Source of the DNA: Promethearchaeota archaeon
GTDB taxonomy: Archaea; Asgardarchaeota; Lokiarchaeia; Sigyniarchaeales; SOKP01
DNA: 64,000 nt
Direction: 5' to 3'
NCBI GenBank assembly: GCA_019058015.1
Contig: JAHLWH010000134.1
Coordinates: 32,980-96,979, forward strand
Part shown: positions 49,604-59,805 of the stretch, in pieces
Layout of the letters: each line of letters begins with the position of its first letter
Position numbering within the stretch: the first letter of the stretch is position 1
Program-made: the position numbers and the translations under genes
Notes under the pieces: model-generated
Database searches by the model: none
Seen by the model: only the letters and a program-made list of their open reading frames with translations
What the model was told of the DNA's origin: nothing

Positions 49604-50542
49604 ATGATAAATAAAAACCCCCAAAAAAAAATAAAAAACACCAATCTAAGTAATATTAACACTTTATATCATCTTAATGATTCAGAAATCCAAAAAATTT
49701 TAGATTTAACACCCGAATCAACAATTCAATTAAAAAAAGAAATATCAACTGGAAAACACATATTATGGTTAAAAGAAGATATTGAAAAAATTTCAAAAAA
49801 ATCAAACCCATTAAGTTCCGGAAGCACAAATTTAGATTTTATATTAAATGGTGGTTTTTTTCCAGGTGTTGTTTATTTTATTTTTGGTGAATTTACTACA
49901 GGAAAAACTCAATTATGCCTCCAATTGGCCACAAATATTGCTCAAAAATTTAATGAACAATTAATCAAGAAAAATCAATATCTAACATTATTCTTAGATA
50001 CCGAAAACAATTTCAAACCAGAAAGAATTAACCAATTATCAACAAGTTTAAATCTAGAACCAGAGAGAGTTTTAAAGAGCATAAACGTTCTTAATATTAT
50101 TGGAAGTACTGCTTTAAATGTTACTTTCGAGAAGATAGAAGATTTAATAAAAACTTATGATTATAAGTTGGTTATTATCGATTCCCTAACAAATCATTTT
50201 CGAGCCGATCAAAATAATGAAAGTATGAATCAAATAACTCAAGTAAAAAAATTTTTGAAAATCTTTAAAAAAATAAACGAATTAACAAAAAAATATAATT
50301 TAATATCAATTTTAATTGGTCAAGTTTCGCCAAACTTCTCGAAAGAGTCGTTCTTTCCAGTTAAACCCTTCGCAGTTCGATTACTTAATCATTTGTTTTC
50401 AGAATTTATTTTTTTTAGTTATGTTGAAGATAACAAAAGATCAGCACATATTATTAATTCAGAATTTTTACCCGAGAGAAAGACGATTTTTATGATCTCT
50501 GAGAAAGGTATTAGAGATTATCACTTAATATCAAAAAATTAA
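49604..50542 (+). CDS. RadA/Rad51 paralogue (RecA-family ATPase)
   Basis: 'SSGSTNLDFILNGG', Walker A 'GEFTTGKTQLCLQLA', 'LDTENNFKPERI', 'IIDSLTNHFR'. Confidence 0.85.
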   Translation: MINKNPQKKIKNTNLSNINTLYHLNDSEIQKILDLTPESTIQLKKEISTGKHILWLKEDIEKISKKSNPLSSGSTNLDFILNGGFFPGVVYFIFGEFTTGKTQLCLQLATNIAQKFNEQLIKKNQYLTLFLDTENNFKPERINQLSTSLNLEPERVLKSINVLNIIGSTALNVTFEKIEDLIKTYDYKLVIIDSLTNHFRADQNNESMNQITQVKKFLKIFKKINELTKKYNLISILIGQVSPNFSKESFFPVKPFAVRLLNHLFSEFIFFSYVEDNKRSAHIINSEFLPERKTIFMISEKGIRDYHLISKN

Positions 50543-50544
50543 AA

Positions 50545-51408
50545 TTATAAAGCACTAAAGAAGTTTAAATATTGCTTAATTGAAATAATCTGAACATAAT
50601 TTGATGAAATTTTTGAATTAATGAAATAAATTTCATTTTTTAATTTTTTAATAATCCACTCTAATAATTTTTCAGCATACTGAAGTTTTTTTAATTTAAT
50701 TGGTTTTGCTTTTTGATTTTCTGAGTACTCTGGTTTAGAATAACGACCCACAACTTCTCCAAAATCCATACCAATAAAAAAAATTTTTTGATTAGGCCGA
50801 ATGAAATTTTTAAGAAAATAGAGAACTCTATCTCCATCTGTAAATCCACCTGGATTCAAAATAATAGATTTTGGCTCAACTTGGGTTGTTCCAATAATAT
50901 TATTCGCAATTTTTACCTCATTTGATATTTTTTTTAAAATATCTACATTATCTCCATGGGCGTGTATAACTATATAATTTGAAAGTTTTCTAAAATAAGA
51001 AAATTTTTCTGGTAAAAATCCATCAAGATCAGTAAAAATAAGGTTTGATTTTATTCCTTTTTCATCGAGAAATACGGCAGCTCCATCTATAGCAATAATT
51101 AATTGATTTATTGGAAATTTATCCTTACTATTTTGAGAGATTTTATCAAAAGTTTTTTCTAAAGAAGGACCGCATCCAAATATGGTTATGAATTTATTTT
51201 TTTGGATTATATTTTTTATATTCTCCAAGTTTTGATGAAAATTTTCATAATTTTGACTATCAAGCAAAATATTTAATAATAAATCTCTGCCGAGCTTATC
51301 CTTCTGTTCATCAAAGTTAAAATCTTTGATTATTTTATAATACCACTCTTTAAATTCAGAAAAAAAATTGATACTTTTAATAATATCTGGGTTAATACTC
51401 TCTCTCAT
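50545..51408 (-). CDS. mptE: 6-hydroxymethyl-7,8-dihydropterin pyrophosphokinase (DUF115)
   Basis: 'GCGPSL', 'TDLDG', 'HAHGDN', 'GTTQ', 'NPGGFTDGDR', 'GMDFG..VGRYSK'. Confidence 0.92.
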   Translation of the reverse strand: MRESINPDIIKSINFFSEFKEWYYKIIKDFNFDEQKDKLGRDLLLNILLDSQNYENFHQNLENIKNIIQKNKFITIFGCGPSLEKTFDKISQNSKDKFPINQLIIAIDGAAVFLDEKGIKSNLIFTDLDGFLPEKFSYFRKLSNYIVIHAHGDNVDILKKISNEVKIANNIIGTTQVEPKSIILNPGGFTDGDRVLYFLKNFIRPNQKIFFIGMDFGEVVGRYSKPEYSENQKAKPIKLKKLQYAEKLLEWIIKKLKNEIYFINSKISSNYVQIISIKQYLNFFSAL

Positions 51409-51513
51409 AAATATACTTCCATTTTAAGAATTATAAAAATTTATTTTAATAAAAAATTATAAAACTATCTTGTAATTATTCAAAAATAATATTTTAATTT
51501 TGAGTGGAGAATA

Positions 51514-52311
51514 ATGGAAAAAAAACAATTAATATTACCCCTATTTTTTACAATAGTAACCGTAATTTTTGCTATTTATATTACACGAAATGTCCCACCA
51601 ACTTTAGATCTTACTGAATTCTATGATGGTGTAGGACTATCCGATGCAATACTTCTTATCTTTATGCCATTTATTTTCAATTTAATTGCTATTCCTTTTG
51701 GAATCTTATTTATTGGAGTATATTTCTTAATTTCTAAAATTATAAAAAAAAACTACGATTTTAAAATAATCACACTTAAAGGTGAAAAAATTAAAGGCTT
51801 CCCTACTTTTACTCGAACATTATTACCTAGTTTCTTATCCCTCTCTATCGGGTTAGTTATTATGAATTATTATTGGTTATTTAATGTAAGAATTATCGGA
51901 TATGATCCTACTACAACCATTCTGTTTGCTGCATTATTGACTACACCACTTTGCTCCATCTTAGTTATTCCTATTTGGGTTTTTCACGATTGTGGAATCA
52001 TTGAAATAAAAAGGTTAAGGAAAGACTTCAGACTATCTCCCGAAGTAAATTCTGTCGGTCAATTTTATAAATATATCTTAAGAGGATATGCAGGAATAAC
52101 TACTCCAATTTTATATTACCTTACTTTCGCGAAAATATTTACTCAAGCAGATCCTCTTCTACAAATAATAATTTTCCTCTTTCCAATCACCTTAATGGGT
52201 TATTTTATGCCACTAACAATCATATATGAATTATTTTTTAACAAAATAAAAAAATTAACTCTGAGAATAATAAGATTAGAAAAAATTAACTTAGATGAAA
52301 TCTTCACATAA
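51514..52311 (+). CDS. Hypothetical multi-pass membrane protein
   Basis: 265-aa ORF with about 6 hydrophobic segments. Confidence 0.75.
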   Translation: MEKKQLILPLFFTIVTVIFAIYITRNVPPTLDLTEFYDGVGLSDAILLIFMPFIFNLIAIPFGILFIGVYFLISKIIKKNYDFKIITLKGEKIKGFPTFTRTLLPSFLSLSIGLVIMNYYWLFNVRIIGYDPTTTILFAALLTTPLCSILVIPIWVFHDCGIIEIKRLRKDFRLSPEVNSVGQFYKYILRGYAGITTPILYYLTFAKIFTQADPLLQIIIFLFPITLMGYFMPLTIIYELFFNKIKKLTLRIIRLEKINLDEIFT

Positions 52312-52400
52312 AAAAAAAAATTATAAATTAATACTGAAATTATTTTAAAACATCCTAATAAAATAAAATAAAAAAAAAATGCAAAATGAGATGAAAGAAA

Positions 52401-52829
52401 ATGGTAAAAGCCACAATTAATGATAAAGAACTAGACTTTCCAGATGATTTATTGTACTCTAAAGCACACCAATGGGTAAAAATTGACGGAAATATTGTAA
52501 GTGTCGGTATTACTTCTTATGCTGCTGACCAATTGGGAGAAATTACTTTCGTTGATGTAGAAGGTGTTGAAGGAGCAGAGGTTTCTCAAGATGTTGATGG
52601 ATCAGGCGATCCTGTGGATTGTACAGTCGAAAGCCAGAAAGGTGTTGGAGATATATTTTGTCCAATATCAGGTAAGGTAGTTGAAGTAAATCCTGACTTA
52701 ATGGACGAACCTGAAAAGGTAAATGAAGATCCATACGCAGCTTGGTTATTTAAGGTTGAAGCTTTAAATCTTGATGCAGAGAAAGGAAACTTGATATCAG
52801 CCGCAGATTATGTTGCATCTATTCAATAA
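52401..52829 (+). CDS. gcvH: Glycine cleavage H-like lipoyl carrier (stand-alone paralogue)
   Basis: 'YSKAHQWV', 'GITSYAADQLGEI', lipoyl Lys 'VESQKGV', 'NEDPY..WL'. Confidence 0.9.
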   Translation: MVKATINDKELDFPDDLLYSKAHQWVKIDGNIVSVGITSYAADQLGEITFVDVEGVEGAEVSQDVDGSGDPVDCTVESQKGVGDIFCPISGKVVEVNPDLMDEPEKVNEDPYAAWLFKVEALNLDAEKGNLISAADYVASIQ

Positions 52830-52942
52830 TAAATCAAATTAATACACTCGAAAAATTATATTTTTTTTACTTTTTATTTTCATTTAATATAATTAGATTA
52901 AGATGTGAGTTTTAATCTAGTAATTAAATTTTCACACTTTCT

Positions 52943-53455
52943 TTAATTAGTTCTAGTTCCTTGCGTTATTACTCTTTCCTTAACAGCAATAATATATTGC
53001 AGACTTATAAACCCTATCAATGCTAAAACAACTCCAATAAAAAGCAACCTCCACGCAAAAGATCTATCATAAGTGTATTTAGTTGCTTGATATAATGTTA
53101 TAAATCCTGAGGAACTTATGAATATTAAAATAGAAGCCACAATCGATTCAATAATAAAAGCATCGTGCATATCGGGATAAATAAACATAGCCTCCCCAGT
53201 ACTTGGATCGGCTCCTAACGGTATTGGTTCTCTGTAAATGATATAAATAACTCCAAGCTGTAAAACAAAAAGAAATATATAAATTCCCAATAAACCTAAA
53301 TTCTTTGAAGGTGTAGGAAGAGAAAATCTTTTGGCTATCTTTATTTTAGGAAAACGAACTTTAGGTTTGCGTATTTTATTTCCAAATATCCATGGAACTT
53401 TCTTTGCAATTTTTTCCTTAATTGTCTCAGAGCCAGATTGAATTGATTTTGACAT
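52943..53455 (-). CDS. OSTC/DC2 (OST3/OST6 family) oligosaccharyltransferase subunit homologue
   Basis: 3 TM; 'LPTPS...GVIYIIYREPIPLG...FIIESIVASILIF...GFI...LLFIG' matches the DC2 pattern 'MPS...GGIIYD..EPPSVG...YIMEGLASSFLF...GFI...LLFIG' as recalled. Confidence 0.78.
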   Translation of the reverse strand: MSKSIQSGSETIKEKIAKKVPWIFGNKIRKPKVRFPKIKIAKRFSLPTPSKNLGLLGIYIFLFVLQLGVIYIIYREPIPLGADPSTGEAMFIYPDMHDAFIIESIVASILIFISSSGFITLYQATKYTYDRSFAWRLLFIGVVLALIGFISLQYIIAVKERVITQGTRTN

Positions 53456-53539
53456 ATTTTCTTTTAATCCAAACTTAATAGATTTATAAATATAAAATCC
53501 TAAAATTAAATATATTCCCGATTTAAAAAATATTTTTAT

Positions 53540-53800
53540 TTGTGGAAAAAAATGACATCAAATAATTCAACCCATCTGAAAAATAGTTTAGACCAAGTGT
53601 TTAAGATAAATTTTAGACGAAAATCGGATGAATCTATACTCTTTATATCAGATTTTACCGAAGATTATATGCTTAACACTATTACACAAGCGAAATTTAA
53701 ACAAATACAAGATAGAAATCTATATACAAAAAAGTTATTTAATCTTACTAAAGAATTATATGGTGAAAAATTTGTAACTTCAAAATATGAATCTTTATAA
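53540..53800 (+). pseudogene. Probable N-terminal remnant of an M29 aminopeptidase
   Basis: 'LKNSLDQVFKINFRRKSDESILFISD' resembles the M29/AmpS N-terminal 'KxGExVLIITD' start; ends after 86 aa. Confidence 0.45.
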
Positions 53801-53868
53801 ATCATCTAAAATGGCTTAAATTGAAAAATGAAGAACTAATTTTAATCTTATAATAAATAAAAGTTAAT

Positions 53869-55383
53869 TTGTTGAATTCTATGACACAAATATTAAAGAA
53901 TATGAGTGTACCATCAGAATTTTGGGATTATTTTGAACAAATATTAAAAATCCCAAGATGTTCGGGAAATGAAAAACAGATAAGAGAGTACATAAAATCT
54001 AAAGCGGAACAATTTGGCTTTAAGACAAATGAAGACTCAGTAGGAAATCTTGTGGTAAAGATACCAACATCAATAACTAAACCCAAAAAGAAAGTTGTTT
54101 TACAATGCCATTTAGATATGGTGTGTGAAAAAAATGAGGGAATATCTCATGATTTTTCAAAAGATCCAATAAATCTAAAGGCAATTGAAATTGATGGAGA
54201 AAAATGGGTTACTGCAGAGGGAACAACTTTAGGAGCCGATAATGGAGTAGGCATTGCGTATCTTTTGACTTTAATGAAAAAAATCCATAATAAAGAATTG
54301 ATTTTTAATAATATTGCATTTGATTTATTATTTACAGTTGATGAGGAGAGTGGGCTTGTAGGAGCCTTTAAAATTAATAAAAATTTAATCGATGGAGACA
54401 TATTAATAAACCTTGATTCAGAAGATGATGATACCTTTATAATAGGGTGTGCTGGAGGAATAGATACGACAGCTGAAATTAAGGATAAAAATATTTTTTG
54501 TAATGTGAAAGAGATTAATCTTATACCAATGAATTTATCAATCAAGGGATTGATTGGAGGACATTCTGGGGTAGATATACACAAAGGAAGGGGAAATTCT
54601 TTGAAATTAATTGCAAAAATCTTATGGGAAATAAACAAAAAATTTAATATAGATATAATCTCAATGAATGGAGGTAATCGAAGGAACGCAATTCCACGTG
54701 AATCAAACGCAATAATCTTTATTCATAAAAAAAATGAATCGGAGATTATAAATTTTGTTAATCAAATCAAATCTGAAATAATTTCTGAAATTTCTGAAGT
54801 AGAACCAAATTTAGTAATAATAATTAATACTATAAGTGATCAAAACTTCTATAAAAAATTATCTACAGATATTAAAAATAAATTATTGAATATTCTTTAC
54901 GTTATTCCAAATGGCCCCATTTCTTATCATCCTGAAGATAAAACATTAGTACATACATCAACAAATTTAGCTTCAATTCGAATGGATGAAAATTTAATTA
55001 AAATTGAAACAAGTCAGAGAAGCCTAAGTGAAATCTCTAAAAAGGATATCTATGAAAAAATAGAAGCAATATTCAAGTTATCTGACCTAAATTTTGATGT
55101 TCAGCACTTTGCGGAATATCTTAGATGGACACCTGATTGGAATTCTCCATTATTACAAAAATCAAAACAAATATATATTAATTTATTTAAAGAAGAACCA
55201 AAAATTTTAATAGTTCATGCAGGATTGGAGTGCGGAATATTAAAAAAGCACTTTCCTCATTTAGATATGATTTCTATAGGTCCAAATATAAAAGAGGCTC
55301 ATTCTCCCGATGAACGTCTAAAAGTAAATAGTATCCAAAGAATATGGAAATTTTTAATAGAATTATTAAAAAAGATTGTATAA
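53869..55383 (+). CDS. pepD: Aminoacyl-histidine dipeptidase (M20C)
   Basis: 'IPRCSGNE', 'LQCHLDMVCEK', 'TTLGADNGVG', 'TVDEESG', 'NLDSE', 'GGHSG', 'HAGLECG', 'HSPDE'. Confidence 0.95.
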   Translation: MLNSMTQILKNMSVPSEFWDYFEQILKIPRCSGNEKQIREYIKSKAEQFGFKTNEDSVGNLVVKIPTSITKPKKKVVLQCHLDMVCEKNEGISHDFSKDPINLKAIEIDGEKWVTAEGTTLGADNGVGIAYLLTLMKKIHNKELIFNNIAFDLLFTVDEESGLVGAFKINKNLIDGDILINLDSEDDDTFIIGCAGGIDTTAEIKDKNIFCNVKEINLIPMNLSIKGLIGGHSGVDIHKGRGNSLKLIAKILWEINKKFNIDIISMNGGNRRNAIPRESNAIIFIHKKNESEIINFVNQIKSEIISEISEVEPNLVIIINTISDQNFYKKLSTDIKNKLLNILYVIPNGPISYHPEDKTLVHTSTNLASIRMDENLIKIETSQRSLSEISKKDIYEKIEAIFKLSDLNFDVQHFAEYLRWTPDWNSPLLQKSKQIYINLFKEEPKILIVHAGLECGILKKHFPHLDMISIGPNIKEAHSPDERLKVNSIQRIWKFLIELLKKIV

Positions 55384-55434
55384 AAGAATAAAAGTGGTTA
55401 TATCTTTACCTCCCAGATCTCTTTCCAAGACTGA

Positions 55435-55758
55435 AAAATCTCCTTAACAGGCGCTAATAATGAAACATTAAATTTAGTCGATTTAAATCCAAAAAAGAAA
55501 TCAGAAAAAGATCCTAATTTGATTAAAACAAGAAGAAATGTTGCGGAATTAGGAATTGGTATGAACCCAAAAGCAACACACTACGAGTCAGGACTTGAAG
55601 GGGAAAAAATAAAAGGCTCTTGTCATATCGCCATTGGAACAAATAAATTTTTTGGAGGAAATGTTCTGTCCGATATTCATCTCGATTTCATTATAAATAA
55701 ACCCACAATTCTAATTGAAGAAGTAACATTTATGGATGAGGATAAATTTTGTTTTTAA
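55435..55758 (+). pseudogene. C-terminal remnant of an M29 (AmpS-like) aminopeptidase
   Basis: 'RNVAELGIGMNPKA...LEGEKIKGSCHIAIGTNKFFGGNVLSDIHLD' is the M29 C-terminal metal-binding region; frame open only from 55435. Confidence 0.8.
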
Positions 55759-55899
55759 TATCTTATAGTGTAAATTCTTTATTAAATTGAAGAAAAACCA
55801 TCGCTTGTCAATAAATTTATTTAATTTAATTTTTTCTTTATTATTATCATCAAATTCATTTTCATAATATTACCTTATTCATAAAATTAAAGTGATCAA

Positions 55900-57024
55900 A
55901 TGAGTTCTTGGAAGGATTTATACTCAGAAGTTAAAAAACGCAAGATGGAAGCTTTAAATAAGAAAGGTGTAGTAGAAGCTGTCGAAAAACATGGAAAAAT
56001 TCTTGCTGTTAGCGGTAGGTATGAAAAACCTGAAAAAATAATTCCACATATGTATGCATCTGAAAAGAAAGTTATTAAACCAAAAGATGTAATGAAAATT
56101 GACCTGAATCATTATGACGTACTTTTGATAGGTTGTCCGGGCAACGAGATCCCTAATGCTGCTCATACAAGAATTTATAAATATGTCGCTGAAAATGGTG
56201 GTTGGTTAATAACAACAGATTGGGCAATTCGAAGTATCGTAGAAATTATATTTCCTGGATTTATAAAATGGAATGGCGCAAGAACTGGCGATACAGTTGT
56301 ACCTTGTCAAATTCTAGAACCAAACCATCCATTTTTAGAGGGTCTGGAAATTGAACTCCAGACAGCTAAATGGGGGGGGAAAAAAAAATCTGAGGAATCT
56401 TTCCGTTGGTGGTTAGAAGCTAAAAGTTTCCCAATAACCATTTTGAATTATACTGCAGTTAAAATATTGATTTCTTCTTTAGTATTACAAAAGAAATGGG
56501 GTGAAGCGCCCGTTTTAGTCTATTTTGATTATGGTAAATCAGGCGGGCGTGTAATTCATTTGATCTCCCATACACATTTACAAAAAGGTAAGGCAAAAGG
56601 AAAATTCGCTTCCGCAATGATTTTAACTAATATCCTTGATGAAAAAGTATCCCACAAAGTTGGATTAAAAAAAGGCACTCCTGCTGGGGCTCAATATCAA
56701 GACTTTGCTCAAACATATCAAACACCCTCTCAAATGCAAAGTGGAACTATTTATACAAATATTCCTATAGCTCCAATGCCAACCTCTGCAACAACAACTA
56801 CTAATACGACTGGATTGGATTTAACGGGGACCTCAAAAATTGTAGAAGTCCCAAATAATTTTCCCCCAAGTCAAAATTGTGCTTTATGTGATTCGAACTT
56901 TGAGAATTATACGGGAAAGATTTATATTTGCAAAGAGTGCGGTGTACCCTATCACGAACAATGCTTGAACATCCAAATAAATGAGGGTGTTTGTAAAATA
57001 TGCGGTAGAATATTATTGTGGTAA
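55900..57024 (+). CDS. Protein with class-I GATase-like N-domain, P/T/Q-rich linker and C-terminal C4HC3 RING/PHD-type zinc finger
   Basis: 'YDVLLIGCPG...GGWLITTDWA' and 'CALC-x13-CKEC-x4-HEQC-x9-CKIC'. Confidence 0.75.
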   Translation: MSSWKDLYSEVKKRKMEALNKKGVVEAVEKHGKILAVSGRYEKPEKIIPHMYASEKKVIKPKDVMKIDLNHYDVLLIGCPGNEIPNAAHTRIYKYVAENGGWLITTDWAIRSIVEIIFPGFIKWNGARTGDTVVPCQILEPNHPFLEGLEIELQTAKWGGKKKSEESFRWWLEAKSFPITILNYTAVKILISSLVLQKKWGEAPVLVYFDYGKSGGRVIHLISHTHLQKGKAKGKFASAMILTNILDEKVSHKVGLKKGTPAGAQYQDFAQTYQTPSQMQSGTIYTNIPIAPMPTSATTTTNTTGLDLTGTSKIVEVPNNFPPSQNCALCDSNFENYTGKIYICKECGVPYHEQCLNIQINEGVCKICGRILLW

Positions 57025-57104
57025 AAATGAAAAAGAAAATAAAAATATCAATAAAAAAAATAAATAATAAAATTGAAAATTGAAATTACCTTCATTAATA
57101 TAAC

Positions 57105-57302
57105 TTATTCTTCTGTTATAACAATTGCCTCTTCAGGGCATTGAGTCTCACAAGCCATACATCCGACACACTCGTCACGCATATCCTCAAGCACCTTGAC
57201 TTTACCATCTTCAGGCTCATCGAAACAACCGGATGGACAGACCTCATAGCAGGTACCACAGCCTGTGCATTTATCCATATCAATATCTATTGAGAAAGAC
57301 AT
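57105..57302 (-). CDS. 2[4Fe-4S] ferredoxin
   Basis: 'CTGCGTCYEVCP' and 'CVGCMACETQCP'. Confidence 0.95.
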   Translation of the reverse strand: MSFSIDIDMDKCTGCGTCYEVCPSGCFDEPEDGKVKVLEDMRDECVGCMACETQCPEEAIVITEE

Positions 57303-57443
57303 TTTTAATACACCATTTCCATTTTATCAATAAATTATATGAAAATAATTTTAATTAGTAAATTTACCATTTAATTTAAAATTATAATAAAATTAGTTAT
57401 TATCTTTTATATCAGAAAATAAAATTTTAGCTGGAATTTTTAA

Positions 57444-58540
57444 TTGAAAACAAAAAAAATCTTGGAAAAAGATCTTAAAAGTCAATTATTTGATGTTAAG
57501 CTGGGGGATTTTAACGGAGATGGAAATTTTGAAATCGTAGTTTGTTCAGAAGATGGGAGAGTTTTAATTCTTTCAGATGACGGGGAAATTATTCATGAAT
57601 TATTCATCTCCGAGAGTAAGCCAATCTGGGATATTGAACTTTATGATATAACCCAAAATGGGAAAGTTGAATTAATATCAGGAGGCATGGATGGATTATT
57701 AAATGTTTTTTATTTGAATAATTCTAAAATTGAGCTTTTATGGTCTCAACAATTCCAGAGTTCGGTATCTGGTTTTTTCATTGATGATATAAATGATGAT
57801 TTGCAATTTGAATTAATTGCTTATGGACTTGATAAGTCATTAAGAGTTTTAAACCTACAGAATGGCAACTTAATCTGGGGGCAATTATTTGAAAGCGGAA
57901 TTGGAACTGTAAAAGCCTATGATTGTGATGGAGATGGACAAATTGAACTTATTGGAGGCGGAAATGATGGAACAATAAGAGTTTTAATGGAAAAGATGGC
58001 TCCTTAAAATGGTTCAGGAAATTTGCTCGAAATATTAGATGCTTTTGCTGTTTTCCGAATAAACAAACTGTTTTATGCGGTGGGGATGATAAAAAAATAT
58101 ATTTTCTTAATGGAGTTAATGGAGATATAATTAAATCGCTTCCAATGGAAGAATATGTCTGGGGAAGTATCTCCTATTTAAATAAAAATAATCGATCTAA
58201 AGCATTAGTTTATTCATATTGTTTCGATTTCCTTGAGGATAACTTTATTAAAAATAAATTAAAATTCAAATCGAAACTCCTTTGCCTTAATGATAACCTT
58301 GAGATGGATTGGGAGCATGCAGGATTTAATATTGAGGATCTCAAAATAATTCAAACTAATTTACAATATATTTTTCTGGGAACGACTAAAGGAAAACTTA
58401 TTATACTTGATGAAAATAATGGCACTATTGTAGAAGAGATCACTCTTAGCTCTTCAATTAATAAACTTACGTTTTGGAATAATTATCTTTATTGTGTAAC
58501 TAGAGATGGAAAACTAATTATAATAAAACTTCAAGAGTAA
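57444..58540 (+). pseudogene. FG-GAP/VCBS-repeat beta-propeller protein, split by a 1-nt frameshift near 57985
   Basis: DxNGDGxxEI repeats in 57444-58007; adding one T at GTTTTAAT continues as 'FNGKDGSLKWFRKFARNIRC...LCGGDDKKIYFLNG' into the 58145-58540 ORF. Confidence 0.8.
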
Positions 58541-58669
58541 TGTTCCAAGAGTATAATTAAGTGATTTAGAGTGCAAAAAAATAGCTCTCGTATTTTGTCT
58601 AAAAATTTAAATAATTCTAACTATTCTATTACCCAGTATTATTATTACACGTTAATAAGTGTGGAATTT

Positions 58670-59767
58670 ATGACTAAAGAAGACCTAAATGAAATAAAAA
58701 CCCCCCTATATGAAACTCATGTAAAATTGGGGGCGCGAATGGTGAATTTTGCTGGATGGTTGATGCCAGTCCAATATGAAAGCATTTTAAAAGAACATGA
58801 AACCGTTCGAACGCTCGCAGGTGTTTTTGATATTTCTCATATGGGAGAATTTATTTTTGAAGGTCCAGATGTGATACCATTCCTTCAATATTTGATGGTG
58901 AATGATTTAAAATTATTAGAAAAGTCAAAAGGACAATATTCTTGCATGTGTTATGAAAATGGGACTGTAGTAGACGATTTAGTTTACTATGAGGAGAGTC
59001 CGGAACGATTTCGGATGATTGTCAACGCAAGTAATGTAGAAAAAGATTTTCAATGGATTAATAAGCAAATAGGAAACTTTCGAGTAAAAGTTAGGGATGT
59101 CTCGAAAGAAAGATGTCGATTAGCATTTCAAGGGCCGAAATCTGATGACTTAATTGCGCCACTCGTTGATACAGATTTATCTACTTTAAATCGGTTTTAT
59201 TTTGTTTTTTGTAATTTGTGTGATGTTCCTGCATTCATAGCCCGAACTGGTTACACTGGTGAGAGAGGTTTTGAAATTTCTTTTGAAAATAAATACGCTG
59301 CAACAATTTGGAATGCTTTATTGAGAACAGGAGCTGGTGCTGCGGGTTTAGGGGCGCGGGATTCTTTGCGTTTAGAAGCTTGCTACTGCTTATATGGTCA
59401 TGAACTTACTAATTCAATAACCCCGATTGAAGCAGGGCTTAACTGGCTTGTAAAACCAAAAGAAGGAATTGATTTTATAGGTAAGGAAGTTCTTATTCAC
59501 CAAAAAAAAGAAGGGACATCACGAATTCTTGTTGGATTAAATCTCTTGGATAAGGGAATCATTAGAGAAAATTACAAATTATTTAATAACGGGGTAGAAA
59601 TTGGATATGTAACTTCTGGGGGATTTTCACCAACGCTTAAAAAGACAATTTGCTTAGCTCTCGTTGAAACAAAATATAGCTCCATCGGGACGGAATTTGA
59701 TGTTGAAATTCGGAATAAACTTCTTAAAGCCAAAGTAGTTCCCACACCATTTTATCGTAATATATAA
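58670..59767 (+). CDS. gcvT: Glycine cleavage system aminomethyltransferase T
   Basis: 'KTPLYETH', '[10 protein letters not shown]', 'FDISHMGE', '[11 protein letters not shown]', '[12 protein letters not shown]'; ATG 58670 preferred over GTG 58571. Confidence 0.97.
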   Translation: MTKEDLNEIKTPLYETHVKLGARMVNFAGWLMPVQYESILKEHETVRTLAGVFDISHMGEFIFEGPDVIPFLQYLMVNDLKLLEKSKGQYSCMCYENGTVVDDLVYYEESPERFRMIVNASNVEKDFQWINKQIGNFRVKVRDVSKERCRLAFQGPKSDDLIAPLVDTDLSTLNRFYFVFCNLCDVPAFIARTGYTGERGFEISFENKYAATIWNALLRTGAGAAGLGARDSLRLEACYCLYGHELTNSITPIEAGLNWLVKPKEGIDFIGKEVLIHQKKEGTSRILVGLNLLDKGIIRENYKLFNNGVEIGYVTSGGFSPTLKKTICLALVETKYSSIGTEFDVEIRNKLLKAKVVPTPFYRNI

Positions 59768-59805
59768 TAAAATTTGAATAAAAATCAAGATTAATGTGAA
59801 TAAGG

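Noticed and set aside
57975-58145. Split FG-GAP propeller as two genes or a programmed frameshift
   Set aside because: Adding one T to the T4 run gives one continuous protein; best explained as a homopolymer error or recent mutation
58571-58669. N-terminal extension of GcvT from GTG 58571
   Set aside because: Low-complexity AT-rich sequence; GcvT homology begins just after ATG 58670
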